From the human T2T-CHM13v2.0 reference genome, Homo sapiens, in the NCBI RefSeq assembly GCF_009914755.1, contig NC_060942.1: 64,000 bases of DNA. One strand, 5' to 3'. A program made the translations under genes and the position numbers. The notes under the pieces were generated by a model. The model worked only from the letters and a program-made list of their open reading frames with translations, was not told the origin of the DNA and did not search any database. Shown in pieces: positions 1 through 17,121 of this stretch (positions are counted from its first letter, which is position 1; every line of letters starts with the position of its first letter).

Positions 1-2235
1 AGTCCTTTCATGATAAAAACTCTCAACAAATTGTGTATAGAAGGAATATACCTCAGCATATATGAAAGGCCGTATATAAAGTTTCCAGCTAACATACTCA
101 ACAAAGAAAAGCTGAAAGCTTTTCTTCTAACAAGACAAAGGTGCCCACTCTCACCAGTTCTGTTCAACATAGTACTAGAAATCCAAGCCAGAGCAATTAG
201 GCAAGAACAAGACATTAAAGGCATCCAAATTGGAAAGGAAGAAGCAAAATTGTCTCTGTTTATATGTAACATGATCTTATACATAGAAATACCTCAGAGA
301 CTCCACCAGAAACTGTTATAACTAATAAATTAATCAGTAAAACAAAATAAACATACAAAAATCAGTTTTACTTCTATACACAAACTATTTGAAAATGAAG
401 AGGAAAAATCATATTTATAATAGCATCAAAAAGAATAAAAATACTTAGAATAAATTTAACCATGGATGTGAAAGATCTATACACTGGAAACTAGAAAACA
501 TTTATAAAAGAAATTGAAGATACAAATAAGTGGAAAGAAATACCCATGTTCATGGATTGGAAGGCTTAATATTGTTAAAATGCCCATATTACCCAAACTG
601 ACCAATAAATTCAGTGCAATCTCCATTGAAATTCCAATGGCATTTTTTAACAAATAGGAAAAAAAATTCTAAAATTTGTATGGAACTACAAAGGACCCCA
701 AATAGCCAAAGCAATCTTAAGAAAGAATAAAACTATAGGCATTAGACTCCCTGATTTCAAACTTTATTGCAAGCTACAGTAATCAAATTAGTATGATCCT
801 AGCATAAAAACAGACACAGAGACCAATGGAACAGAATTAGGAGCCCAGAAATAAACTCATGCATATATGATCAACTAATATTTTACAAGAGTGCCAAGAA
901 TACACGATGGGGAAAGGATAATCTCTTCAATAAATGGTGTTGGGGAAACTAGATATGCACATGCAAAAGAATGAAATTGGGTTGCTCTCTTATACTCACA
1001 AAACTTAACTTGAAATTCTTCAAAGACTTAAACATGAGACCCGAAACAGTAAAACTCTTAGAAGAAAACCTAGGGAAATACCCCCTGACATTGGTCTTGG
1101 CAATGTTTTTTTCTTTGTTTGTTTGTTTTCTTAGGACCCACTACAAAGCAGTCAATGACATTTTCGATATGAAACAAAGACATAAGCAACAAAACCAAAA
1201 GTAGCAAGTAGGTTTATATCAAAGTACAAAACTTCTGTACAGCAAAGGAAACAATCAACAAAGAGAAAAAGCAACCTACAGAATGAGAGCATATATTTGA
1301 AGACCGTATATCTGATAAGAGGGTTAATATCCAAGATATATAAGAAATTCATACAACTCAATAGCAAAAAAAAAAAAAATCCTTAAGAATGAGCAAATAA
1401 CCTGATACATTTTTCCAAGGAAGATATACAAATGGTCAATAGGTATAATAAAAGGTGATTAACATCACTAATCATCAAGGAAATGCAAATCAAAACCACA
1501 ATGAGATATCACCTCACACCTTTCAGAATGACAAATCAACCTAAGTGTTGGCAAGGATGTGGAGGAAAAGGAACTCTTCTGCATTGTTGGTGAGAATGTA
1601 ATTTTTTACCACCATTATGGAAAACAGTGTGGAGATTCCACAAAAGGTTAAAAATAGAAGCATCTTAAAGAGACATCTGGACTCCAATGCTCATTACAGC
1701 ATTATTCACAATAACCAAGACATGGAAACAACCTAAATGTTTATCAATAGATGAATGGATGAAGAAATTATGGTGCATATATGCAATGGAATATTATTCA
1801 GCCACAAAAAAAGAAGTCTACCCTGCCATTTGCAGCAACATGAATGAACCTTGAGGACGTTATGCAAAATGAAATACGTCAGAGAAAGATAAACACTGTA
1901 TGGTTTTACTTACATGTGGAATCTAAAAAAGTCATAGAAACAGAGTAGAACGATGATTGCCAGGGGATGGGGGTTAGAGGAAATGGAGATGTTGGTCAAA
2001 AGGTACAAACTTTAGTTATTAGATGAAGAAGTTCCGGGAAACTAATGTACAGCATGGTACAGCATGGTGACTGTAGTTAATTATACTTATTACATACTTG
2101 AAATTTGCTGAGACTTAAGTAGATCTTAAATGTTCTCACCACACACACAAAAGTAACTAAATTAGGTTGTAAGATGTGTTAACTAACTTGACTGTGGTAA
2201 TCATTTCACAATATATATGTTACATGAAATATTTT
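1..2235 (+). mobile_element. LINE-1 fragment (3' ORF2 plus 3' UTR), L1MA-like, runs off the window start
   Basis: ORF 10..321 ([16 protein letters not shown]...[10 protein letters not shown]) is degenerate L1 ORF2 RT sequence with stops and frameshifts downstream; the 3' UTR 'gtagatcttaaatgttctcaccacacacacaaa...gtggtaatcatttcacaat' resembles late L1MA subfamilies. Confidence 0.9.
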
Positions 2236-2269
2236 AAAAACATAGGTTGACAAGTACCCTTAATAGATT

Positions 2270-4380
<2,111 letters not shown>

Positions 4381-6286
4381 TGTTCTTAGGCTTCTCCCCC
4401 ACCCTACCTTTTCTTCCCTATATAGGAAGTTCATGTAAAATGGAGTGAATATCTGTAATTTACTTTGATTCTATAGATCTCTCTAGTCTTGATCTTTATG
4501 TGAGCCCCTGACTGCTGGCTCATTTTCCCTCTATGAATTGCAGTGGTTCTGAAAGATGGGATTATATGTTCCATACCCTCTGCTCAGTTACCTCTCCTTT
4601 GCTACTGCCCTGGGCTCATCATTCATCTTCTCTTTTGTCACTGACCCAAAGCCTAGACTTCAGCCAGGTCCATGCATCTTCCTCCACAGCTCCTGTTCCT
4701 TCTTGTTTTCATTGCATTGCTGAACCTTCAGAGCTTTGTCTAAAAGCTCTAATTTTTAAACAAGATCCTCCCAGTAAAAACATATTCTCAGGCATCAGAG
4801 GTTGTGGGGATTCAGCAGTATGGTAGGAATCATTGGTATATATGGGTCTTTTATAAGTTACATTTGCAATTCAAGACTGACAGTATTTAGAAACAATACG
4901 ACTTGTCCTGTAAGTCTGATGAGCAGAAAGGAGGAGAAAATGGAGCTCGCCAAACAATTCAGAACTGATGGAAAAGCAGTTTGCTCAAAAGCCCCATATG
5001 GTTTGCCCATTTTCCTCTGCCCTTTGGAAATTCCTCTAAACATTAGTTCTGACTGTCAGCATGCAGTCCAGTAACATTTTTTTTTCAATCCCCCAGCTCC
5101 TCTGCAATGGGGAGGCAACTGACCTACTCCAGTGTGCTTGAAACCATTGTCACTGTACTCAAGAGCACCAGGTAGCACTAGTACTTCTCCCAATAGATGG
5201 AGCATTAAGCTCACCAGTGTTGCTCACTGTCATGCTGTTTCGTGCTTTGTTGGTGGGGACTAAATCTTGTATAGAGTTTTCAGCGGTTTATGCTTTGTTT
5301 AGGGTCTTGATATCCAATTTCCATGTTGGACTTCTTGTTTATAGTTTGGCACAGAGCTCATTAATGTTGACCCCTTAACCATTTTAAAGAACCTCAGATA
5401 CGCTGCAGAACGTGGAATTTGATCTATTTTTCACTAAATAAAATTTTTAAATTTATGTGTTTGAGTACTAGCTATGACTACTGCATTGGTCAGATAATTT
5501 TAATGCTTTTTTAAAAATCTGCCAATATTTGACATCAGTGTTCCCATAAAATAAATAAATGATTCTTCATAATTGCTTTTCCAATGCTTTTCCCATGTGA
5601 CTCTTTTCAATAGTTTTCACTCCAAAATTGTGTGAGTAGTGGCTGTCATGATTCTTCTGAACTGGCAATTATGTCAGAACCATTTAATCAGTGCCTGAGC
5701 TGTGCTGGCATTGCTCTTGGAAGGCCATTTTTCAGAATGACATCCACCTAAGCATTTGTTAAATTATTAGACCTATAAACCCTTCCCATGAGAACTCTCA
5801 GAAATACTGTTAGATATGCAGAGCCTTAGGGACACAGCCCTTTGCACCACCGTAAGTACCAGAACTCTGTTAAGCAAAGTTCAAAACTTTGAGCCAGAGT
5901 GGATAAGAGTCACAGCTCTCTGTCCTCAGGAAACATCCCTCCAATGTCCTTGTCAAGAGCTTGCATGCATAGTTAATCAAGGAAGAACTCACTGGGATTT
6001 TGAGTGACATCAGACACCATTCCAGCATTGCATGTTGAAGGATTACTAGCAGGGTTTCCCCTTAATTTACGAGACATATATGATTATCCTTCAGCCTGCA
6101 GTCACTGTAGGAAACATGTTTCTTCTGCAACCTGCAACTGGTAGATGCCGTAAGAAAATGCATAAAAAATTAGTGCTAGATTTTGAAATCGTTATTAAAA
6201 GGATCATAAAAATCAAAGCATCCCTGTCTCAGTTCTGTCCATTTGATTTATAAGGAGGCTAAAAATGGAAATGTAGGTTTCAACGG

Positions 6287-6583
6287 GACCAGGTGTGGTA
6301 GCTCATACCTGTAATCTTAGCACTTTGGGAGGCCAAGGCCGGGGAATCACTTGGGCCCAAGAGTTTGAGGCTAACCTGGGCAACATAGTGAGACCCCGTC
6401 TCCAAAAAAAAGAAAAATTAAAAAATTAGCTGGCCATGGTAGTGTGCACCTGTGGTTCCAGCTACTCGGAGGCTGAGGTGGGAGGATCACTGGAGCCCAG
6501 TAGGTTGAGGCTTCAGTAAGCTATGATTGCACCACTACCCTCCAGCCTGGGCAATAGAGTAAGATTCTGTAAAAAAAGAAAAG
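6287..6583 (+). mobile_element. Alu (AluJ-like)
   Basis: Diverged dimeric Alu with J-type 'gggaggatcactggagcccag' right arm and an A-rich tail. Confidence 0.93.
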
Positions 6584-6989
6584 ACTTCAATGGTTCCAGG
6601 AAACTCTGTTGCGTTTAGAGCTTTATAGGTAGGTAAAGAGATTTTTCTGCTGTTTGAGGCATGAATGCGGTCAGAAAGTCTTAAAATCTCAAGCCTTTTC
6701 CTGGCAATTTTCTTGTGCTGCCTGACATAGGGCACACGCTGCTATAGGAAACTGCGGTTTGCTTTTCCCTTCTGCTGAACCTCTCAAAACCTCTAACTCC
6801 TCGAGAAAAGGGATTCGTGTCTATTTCATAGGACTGTTGTGAGAATGACATTTTGTGTATGCGTCAAGATATCAATAGATATTTTCACTGTGTTCTAGAA
6901 CTGGGTCCCTTCATTCTTGGATCACTGCCAGTGTCTCTGATCGATTCAGTCATTATACCACCAGACTTTGCTTTCCTGAGTCATGTTGA

Positions 6990-7460
6990 AACATTATTCA
7001 CTTCCCTGTGCTTAGAAACTCACAGTACTTAAAGCCCTGAGTGTTTATGACCCCTCATTAGTGAGCTCCATCCTACCTCTCTTGTATCTCCTTGTTCTGT
7101 GGTAAAGACCTCTCGCTTGGGTCATGTCCACATTTTCCCTCAATTCCACGCCACTGTCTTTGTTGCGGGCATCACTTGCCTCTGCTTGGAGCCCATTTCT
7201 GTTCTCTACCTTTCCAAGTCCTTTAGGTTGGTTCCACTAGGACCAGCTCAACTCCTGCCTCCTCCTTGAAGTCTTCCCACCCAACCCATCCATCCCTCAC
7301 TGTTTTCTCCTTTCTCTAAACTTTCACAGCATGTTGGAGTCCCTGCAGTTTAATTTAGACTCTATTTACTACCTCTCTATCCTGTTTACTGCCTATTTCA
7401 TGAGTGTTACAACTGGACTGCATCTTCTCTAAGTAGGAGGCCTTCAGTTCTTTGATGTGG
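6990..7460 (+). mobile_element. LINE-2 fragment
   Basis: Pyrimidine-rich degenerate L2 3' motifs ('cagctcaactcctgcctcctccttgaagtcttccc'). Confidence 0.5.
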
Positions 7461-7649
7461 TCTCCACACTGCCCATTTTGGACAAGCTGCTCTTTACAGG
7501 ATTGTCATATGATAGGTCAACGCAGACCAGTAATGCTTAAGTTTAACAACTGATCATAATTTCTTGGTTTTGAAAATGTTTAGTACCAGGTAGTGGACTT
7601 CCTCGTGGTGGTGGGAAGAGAAATCAATATTTTTATCCTAACAGCAGTT

Positions 7650-7850
7650 GATGTTATTGACCATCAACTGTGGGCTGGGCACTGAGCTAACCATTTCCAT
7701 GTGTGATCTCATTTAAGCATCAGCACAGCCCTCCTCCCAGCAGACATGAGGAAACTAATTCTTAGAGAGCTCCATCTCATATCTGTGTCACCACGCTCAT
7801 GAGAGGTACTGCAATCTGAACCACAGGACAGCTGACTCTGGGGCTCATGC
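7650..7850 (-). mobile_element. MIR
   Basis: 'tttattgaccatcaactgtgggctgggcactg...atctcatttaa...catgaggaaact' matches the antisense MIR core. Confidence 0.7.
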
Positions 7851-7896
7851 CGTTCTACAACAAAAAAATACAATCTCCATCCTCATCTTCCCTATG

Positions 7897-7941
7897 CTTT
7901 GGGTCTGTGAGACCTGTGAGACTTTGGGTCTGTGAGACCTG
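7897..7941. repeat. 25-bp tandem duplication (1.8 copies)
   Basis: ctttgggtctgtgagacctgtgaga followed directly by ctttgggtctgtgagacctg. Confidence 0.9.
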
Positions 7942-8070
7942 AAGTGTTGGAGGACAGGTTGGAGCAGGTCTTCTATGTACATCAGATACCAGAATGCAAC
8001 CTGACAACTTTCTCCTAATTGTGAATGACAGAAAAAAAGGATGATTTGTAGAGATTTGCCAAAACTGTAA

Positions 8071-8329
8071 TTTTTTTTTTTTTTGAGACAGTCTCACTCT
8101 GTTGCCCAGGCTGGAGTTCAGTGACGCAGAGTTTCACTGCAACCTCCCCTGCCTGGGTTCAATTGATTCTCCTGCCTCAGCCCCCTGAGTAGCTGGGACT
8201 ACGGGCACCTACCACCATGCCTGGCTAATTTTTCTATTTTTAGTAGAGATGGGGTTTTACCATGTTGGCAAGGCTGGTCTCGAACTCCTGGCCTCAAGTG
8301 AGCCACCCATCTTGGCCTCCCAAAGTGCT
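8071..8329 (-). mobile_element. 5'-truncated Alu with TSD
   Basis: Poly-T then antisense Alu ending at cccaaagtgct (about 30 nt of the 5' end missing); TSD ccaaaactgtaat (8059-8071) / cctaaactgtaat (8330-8342). Confidence 0.95.
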
Positions 8330-10065
8330 CCTAAACTGTAATCTTTTTTATTTTTATTTTTTCCCAATATAGAAACAGTAGAAATGTTGGAAATTGAGGT
8401 TATTGATGGTGCAACTATATGATGTTGATGTTAGGATTTTCATCATGTAAAGTGGCTTAGTTTTATTTGTGTTGTTTGTATAACTTTGACTAGTTGAAGT
8501 CAGACTTACCTAGTGTTGAAAGTGAGACTTGAGCACAAATTTGCTTGAGTTAGCACTGGAGAGGCACTGCAGGAGGCAGCCAAAGGACAGCAAAGTGTAT
8601 TTTTCTTTTGCGTGTAAATGTTGTAATACTGTTTTGCAATAAGTGAAATATGTGTGATCACATAAAGGAGCAGTGGAGAAGAGATACTGAAATTCTTTGT
8701 CAATGGTTGATATATAGAAATAGACATACTTCCAAAAGTTAATATTACAGTTATATAAACTTCTATAATCTAACTGATTAGAAATCTTACAGAGTAGAAA
8801 TGAAGCTTGAAAATGAGCAAGATTTTTCTAAAGTTTGTTTTCTGTGCCTGTGTGTTTCCGTGTGTTTCACATTCTCATGGCATGGTCAACTGGAAGGTAT
8901 TCCATTGGTTATCATAGCTATGCTACTAGGAGAGCTATACTTTAAAAATATTTTCTGTTAACTAACGCAGTGAGGTGCCTTTGAAGACTTGAGATAGCCA
9001 TGATTTAAATGGAAAAGCCAATATGTTGTGCGTATCTGTAAGTACACATGAGTAGGGAGAGAAGTGGGCTAGAAGAAAAAAATTAACTATGGAAAAACAT
9101 AAGCATATCCACAAAGTAGGATTTTGGTTTCTCAATCTATAATATTATTTCATTTCCAGATTGTGAACAGGTGGCACACACTGTTTCTTTAGCTCTTTTG
9201 TGGCCAACCACACATAGCTATTTCTCCATACCTACTCATATGTCACCTAAGAAACTACCTAAATTGATCTCAAATGGATCTAATGAGAAAGACATGCCTG
9301 GCATCTTTGTAAAAATAATATCTATACAGCAGGCAAAGTTGCTTTAAAGTGTTTATTTGGGGAGCAATGCAAAGTATTAAAGCATCTGTTGTCTCTGCAG
9401 CTGAACTTTTCTAATATTTTTACAACAGCTAATTTAACCTGAGTGCACAATTCCAAAGAAGGAAGTTGTAGGATAAAAAGGTAGAGCTGAAATGTACATA
9501 AATCTTTAGTGTCCTTGTAGATCTGATACACTGCCGTACTTTCCTAAGCTTATGCAAAACAGAAAGTGAAGAGGCATTTTGCAGAAAACTAAATTATACA
9601 TGAAGTCATTAAACCTCACCCTTCACTTCTGATTGAGGGATTGCTGCAGTCGTCAGTGAAAGCAGAGGCAAAATGAAAAAATAAATAAATGAAAGACCTG
9701 ATCACATTATACATTTCAGTGGAAATGTAATTGCTTAGAAGTTCGTTTGAAGTTATTGGGTATGTGCAAAATTGCATGTAGCTGCTGAAAATAAGAAACG
9801 GGTCATGGCACAGAGCATCCTTGTGAACCCAGAATCTATCTCTCACATGTGTGGGGTACAGAGGGCAAGAGGGAGGGTCGCCTTGGATGCTCTGCTACAA
9901 GTCTGCGTATCCCAATCAGCCCCAAACTCTCCTGTTCATTGAAATGTTTACTTGTTGTCTTGACTTGTTTTTCCACCCAGAGATGTATTTATGCACATAA
10001 CACACACTGTTTACTTCTTTTTCCAAAGGAGTTTTGTAACTGCCTCTTTGAAAGCATGTCTCAAG

Positions 10066-10240
10066 AGGGGGAGGGATAGCATTAGGAGAAATACCTAATG
10101 TAAATGACGGGTTAATGGGTGCAGCACACCAACATGGCACATGTATACATATGTAACAAAGCTGCACGTTGCGCACATGTACCCTAGAACTTAAAGTATA
10201 ATACAAATATATATATATATATAAACAAAACAAAAAAAAA
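10066..10240 (+). mobile_element. Young 5'-truncated L1PA 3' end
   Basis: ggggagggatagcattaggagaaatacctaatgtaaatgac...gtaccctagaacttaaagtataat, followed by an A-tail containing (TA)n; close to L1PA2-5 consensus. Confidence 0.95.
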
Positions 10241-11191
10241 CTCTTTAGGAAGGTTGTGAGATCCCCTTTTTTGAAGATCATATATCCTCAAAAATGTTCT
10301 CATCCATCAAGGATGGTCTAAATATGAGCATTGTGAAAGAATAATGATGTAATAATGACCTCTATCAAGGTCATCTTCCATAGTGAGGAACGTGAAATGG
10401 AAAAGGCATGAAACGGCATCTGTGCAAGACTTCATAGCTCTCAAGCCTGATGTAGCAGGGCTGGAGAAAGAAGGAAAGGCCTTTTCCGACCCTTAATTAA
10501 AGGGACTTTTGCTGGCTCTTTGCAGATTGCTGCTGGTGCCCCATATAGTTCTTAATTAATTCCGCCTGTGTCATTACAAAGTAAGCCCTACTGAAGAGTG
10601 GGTTAACAGCCGGAGTAAGCTCCCTGGACTGCATTTTCTTTCACTTGACGCTGTGTCTTGAAGGCTCCAGCAGTGGGGTGGAGCTGCCTCTAGGAGCAGG
10701 CCTGTTTTAATCAGCATATCACAGGTCCGTAGTCGTGAGACAGAACGTCTCCCTGCTCACATGAAACGTGGCTTGACTAAGAACTCAGTGATAACAACAC
10801 CTCTAAAAAGAAATAAAACATTGAATGTTCACTATGGAGAGGATGCTCAGAGAAGCAGAGATTGTCTGTGTGTATCCAGCACTGACTCTCAGCCTGCCGA
10901 GGGAGAGCCATGCCTGCAGAGTTTGCAGTCTCCTGGCCCTAAGATGACATCCCCAGAAAGCTTTCTGCTTCGTTTACTCCAACCCAGTGCTCACCACACA
11001 GCCTCAGCTCAGGGGTCTGGCTTTCTAGATAGTGCCACTGGCTAGGGCACAGCAGGCACAACAGACACTTGGAAAGAAAATCTCCCCATTTTAAATTCAT
11101 ATGTTGGCATTCAGGGTTACACATCAGAGTCGCTTCCATTTAATGTGTGTGCAGCCGTGACTGGAAATGATGCATCTCTAAGAGTGGGAAG

Positions 11192-11566
11192 TGTACTCAT
11201 CTGCTAGGGCTGCTAGACTGGGTGGCTCACACAACAGAAGGTTACTTTCTCACAGTCTGGAGGCTGGAAATGCAAGATCAAGGTGCCGGCATGGTTGGCG
11301 TCCTCTCCTCACATGTTGGCTTGCAGGTGGTCAGTTCTGCACGCATGCCCCAGGGTCTCTGTGTGCCCTACTCACCTTTTCTAAAAAGGACACCAGTCAT
11401 ATTGGATTAGGATCCACCCATATGACCTTAGTTTAACTTAAGTACTTCTTTGAAGGCCCCATCTCCAAATACAGTCACATTCTGAGGTACGGGAGCTTAG
11501 GACTTCAACATATTGATATGAATTTGTGGTCGGGGGTGGGGGGGGGTCACAATTCAGCCTGTGACA
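11192..11566 (-). mobile_element. MaLR solo LTR (MLT1A/B-like)
   Basis: 'tctcacagtctggaggctggaaatgcaagatcaagg...ccatctccaaatacagtcacattctgaggtac...ggacttcaacata...cacaattcagcctgtgaca' is the reverse complement of an MLT1 LTR, with tg...ca ends. Confidence 0.88.
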
Positions 11567-11684
11567 CTGAGAAATCATATTCTTTGTTCAGGAATGCTGA
11601 GAGGTCTCGCAATTTGAGACCCGACCAAGGTTGGGCTGGGCAAGGCATCAGCCTCATTGGTGGGTCCCCTGTGAATCACCACCT

Positions 11685-11872
11685 GAGCTGCCCAAAATGG
11701 TTGCTCCAAGGCACATGTGGCTATTTAAATGTAAATAATTTACATTAAATGTTAAAATTCAGTTCCTTGGTCATCCCAGCCTCGTTGCAAGTGCTCAATA
11801 GCCACAGGTAGCCCTAACAGCCATCATATCAGGCAGTGCAGACTAGAATGTTTCTGCCAACGTAGAACTGCC
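11685..11872 (-). mobile_element. MER3-like hAT-Charlie MITE
   Basis: 'cacatgtggctatttaaat...aaaattcagttcct...aagtgctcaatagccaca' is antisense MER3. Confidence 0.8.
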
Positions 11873-13034
11873 CTTACGTTCTTGTTCTGGAGGGACCACG
11901 CACAATGGCTGTGCAGTGATTAAAAGAATCCCGCAACCAGCACCCTGCACCTGCCTGCTTTGTGCCCAGCTCTGTGCCTGTGGAAGTTAAAAATGGGGAT
12001 GCAGGCCCCCTCTTCAGGCAACACGGTCTAATTGTGCCAGTAAAAAAAACATTAAATCTCACATATTAGAGATGTGAAGAAAACTTAAATGGCACATATT
12101 AATACCCATGATAGACTTTTGAAGGATAAAAGACCAATCAAAACTAAAGTAGAAAATACATGGAAAAGATAGATTTGAGCTGAGTTATAATGGTTACACC
12201 AGCTTTGCAAAGGAAGTGAAGGAAGGGCCCCCTGCTCAATGAACATCATATCCCACAGCAACTGGAACGCAGCGGGCGTAGAAGCCAGATGTCGTCATGC
12301 TCTTTATCTGAGACACACAATGACACCATGCTGCATTCTCTCCCTTTCATGTTTTAGTGTCTCTTGCTCCTTCTCAGCCTTTCCTGTGCATTTATCGCTA
12401 CATCCTTGGGTTCTTGGACATCCTGGCAGATCCACTGGGATCCCCTTCACTGTACTCTCTTCCTCTAGAAGTGTTTTGTTCCTGGTCTCTCCTCCTCCAC
12501 CTACAGCAGGATGCTTGTTGCGGGGATTATCTTAGGGACTCCAAAATCACTTAAGCATGGCCCTTCTACAGCAACAAAAATCTGTGCCGTGCAGTAGGAT
12601 GGCCACTGCTGCTTGTGGTTCTGAGCTCTCTCTAAGTGGCTGTGATGACGGAGGAATAGGGCAGGAGTGCTTGACTGCACCATAAACTAAGAACCCACAG
12701 CTTCTTTTGCCTCAACTCTTTCAGCAACCCTGACCTTTCTCTAGTGGATGCAGGAAAGTTTCAATAACCCTAAGAAATGAGTGCCACCTCCCTGTTCACT
12801 CATTTAGAGGTAGAAGTGGATTGAGGTCCACAGACGCATTTGAAGAAGGCGTCTCCTAACATATCCAGTATTGATAACAACTCTGAGATCACAGATTCAA
12901 TGTTGATTATTCAATATTAGCTATTATTTAGTTTAGTAATTTAATTATCAGACATTACAGGTATTTGCAATATTTCATATCAAGTTTAAGTTATTTTTTC
13001 AGGACCCAAGGCTTGGTGGAGAATTCTTAGCCAT

Positions 13035-14450
<1,416 letters not shown>

Positions 14451-14749
14451 TAAAATCTATTTATTAGTATAATTTAAAATTTATGTCAAATTTATTGGTT
14501 ACCAACATAATGATTCTTTAATTAACTCACTGGTGATTATCCTGATAATAAGGTTAACCTTCAGTTTGAAAGATGCTGGGGTCTCTTTTCATGAGCATAA
14601 TTTACAACTGTAATGACAAAATGAGGCAAGGATTTATGTCAATTAACAGGCTTACATCTATGAGACATTTTGGGTAAAAATTTTAGCATGGTACTTGGAA
14701 CACAGAGAGCTGCATTTGTTATCTTGTGTTATTGTTAGTATTATGTTAT

Positions 14750-15046
14750 TTATTTATGTTTTTTGAGACAGAGTCTTGCTCTGTTGCCCAGGCTGGAGGG
14801 CAGTGGTGCAATCGTAACTCACTGTAGCCTCAACCTGAAGAGATCCTCTTGCCTCAGCCTCCTGAGCCTGAGTAGCTGGGACTATGGGCATGTGCCACTA
14901 TACCTAGCTAATTTTTTTTTTTATTTTTAGTCGAGGTGGGGTCTCGCTATGTTGCCCAGGCTGTTCTTTCTCCTGGCCTCAAGCAAGGCTTCTGCCTTGT
15001 CTTCCCAAAGTGCTGGGATTACAGGTGTGAGCTACCACACCTGGCC
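14750..15046 (-). mobile_element. Alu (AluJ-like)
   Basis: Antisense dimer from ttttgagacagagtcttgc to gctaccacacctggcc. Confidence 0.93.
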
Positions 15047-15695
15047 ACCATTGTTCTTATTAATACTACTGAATTGGTTATTTATTGTGATTTTACTAAA
15101 AGAATTTTTTTGTCATCAAAATCGTTTGAGCCTGCATTTTTTTCTTATGACATTTCTTGGCAAAAACTCAGATTCCCTTTCAGGAATTTTCTTTGCTGAA
15201 ACAACAGTCTAGCTATTGTGTGAAAGTCCATTCTGGTAATGTGGGTCCTCCAAGGGCATTAGCTCTCGGCTGTTTGCATTTCAAAATTGACCCTCAAGTT
15301 TACTTTCATTTACTTTCAACTCTGTTGCCTTCTTGAAAATGTTTTAAGGCAGTACATCTAATAAGCATGAAGCATCTTACTTTTAGTTTAATCCCAAACC
15401 TTGTAGTTCTAAATAAAAAAATTGAACCACGTGCCCCTAAGGTTTTAATCTAATATCTGGTTTCTTGAACTGGGGCCAGCTCTTCATTTTTCAAAGCATC
15501 AACAGATTCTAAATACAACTTCTGGCAACCTCCTTTTAGCATCTGACCTTGGTTCACTTAAACTAATTGTTATCCTTTCAGCAGACTGTGATTCTGAAGG
15601 GGGAAGAAACACTATACTGTGAAACATTAGAGGAGTTTTTAACATTTGGGGTATAATGCCCTCCATGTAAAATGTCTATTTTCAGTATTACCCTC

Positions 15696-15895
15696 TCCCT
15701 GCCTCTACTAAAAATTAAAAAAAAAATTAGCTAGGTATAGTGGCACATGCCCATAGTCCCAGCTACTCAGGCTCAGGAGGCTGAGGCAAGAGGATCTCTT
15801 CAGGTTGAGGCTACAGTGAGTTACGATTGCACCACTGCCCTCCAGCCTGGGCAACAGAGCAAGACTCTGACTCAAAAAACATAAATAAATAACAT
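15696..15895 (+). mobile_element. Partial Alu (linker plus right arm)
   Basis: ctctactaaaaattaaaaaaaaaattagctagg...gagcaagactctgactcaaaaaa. Confidence 0.88.
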
Positions 15896-16089
15896 AATAC
15901 TAACAATAACACAGGATAACAAGGGCAGCTCTCTGTGTTCCAAACATGATGGTAATTTATTTAAAACTAGATATAAGTATATACTTTTTAAAAAACATAT
16001 TCAAGAACCAAGCCTCAAAAATACTAAATTTGAATGCACTCAGGATGCATGAATCTTCTGATTTATAATTATCATGTATTTTTCCTCAT

Positions 16090-16190
16090 ACAGAGCTCCT
16101 CCTATGTTCCAGGTAGATGCTGGGTGCTGAGGATGTGGAAGACTCAGCCCCTTCCCTTGTGGAGTTTATAGTCTGGGGAGGACAGAGATG
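16090..16190 (-). mobile_element. LINE-2 3' fragment
   Basis: 'ctcctatgttccaggtagatgctgggtgctg...cccttgtggagtttatagtctgggg'. Confidence 0.6.
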
Positions 16191-16835
16191 TTTGTGACTC
16201 TAATGATATGTGCATTTCCATCAACATTCTACAAGTTCTACACATTCTACTAATAACATGCCAATTCAGTGGCACTTTATATATGCAAGCCAACATGGTT
16301 TTTTCCACTGACATTCACAGGTTTTAATACAGAAAGCAATCCTGTTAAACAATTTAATTATAAAAATTCTACTGTAAACATTAAAAAGCAAATTCAGTAA
16401 CCTACCTGTGGTCACACAGTTAGGAATCAGTCAGAGCTGGGATTTAAGCCCAAATCTTCTGGTCCTACATCTCATTCTTTTGCCTCAGCACCACTTAAGC
16501 CAAGGTGAGACAGTGAATTCAGTTTTCCCCAAGTGTGAGATGCAAACAACTGATGATGTACAAGGTGATTTTTAGGAGGCCCACTCATGGGGAATAAGCT
16601 GTGCTGAATTGCAGGTGAGAAAGTGATTGGCTTTCCCGTTAGTTGTCGTTCAATACTTTTGATTCGCCAGGGAACCTTGGTTTGAGGCAAGCGTTCTCTC
16701 TCAGCCAAAGAAGGGCCTGGCCTCAGGCTCCGAAGTAGTCAAGCAGCACTGCCTGGCTGGATTGGATGCTATTCCTTCATTTTTGTTGTCTCGACTTTTT
16801 CTATTATCTTTACCTGAGGAAAGAGTTCTTGGCTT

Positions 16836-17121
16836 GGCTGGGCGTGGTGGCTCACGACTGTAATCCCAACACTTTGAGAGGCTGAGGTGGGCAGCTCCCT
16901 TGAGCCCAGGGGTTCGAGACCAGCCTGGGCAACATGATGAAAACCCGTGTCTATAAAAAATACAAAAATTAGCTGGGCATGGTTGTGTGTACCTGTAGTC
17001 CTAGCTACTCAGGAGGCTGAGGCAGGAGGATCACTTGAGCTCGGGGTCAAGGGCTGCAGTGAGCTGAGATCACACCACTGCACTCCAGCCTGGGCAACAG
17101 AGTGAGACTTTGTCTCAAAAA
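16836..17121 (+). mobile_element. Alu (AluJ-like) with a very short tail
   Basis: ggctgggcgtggtggctcacg...gagactttgtctcaaaaa. Confidence 0.95.

Noticed and set aside
10-1367. ORFs resembling reverse transcriptase or L1 ORF2 (10..321, 971..1204)
   Set aside because: Fragments of a dead L1 with multiple stops and frameshifts; not a functional gene.
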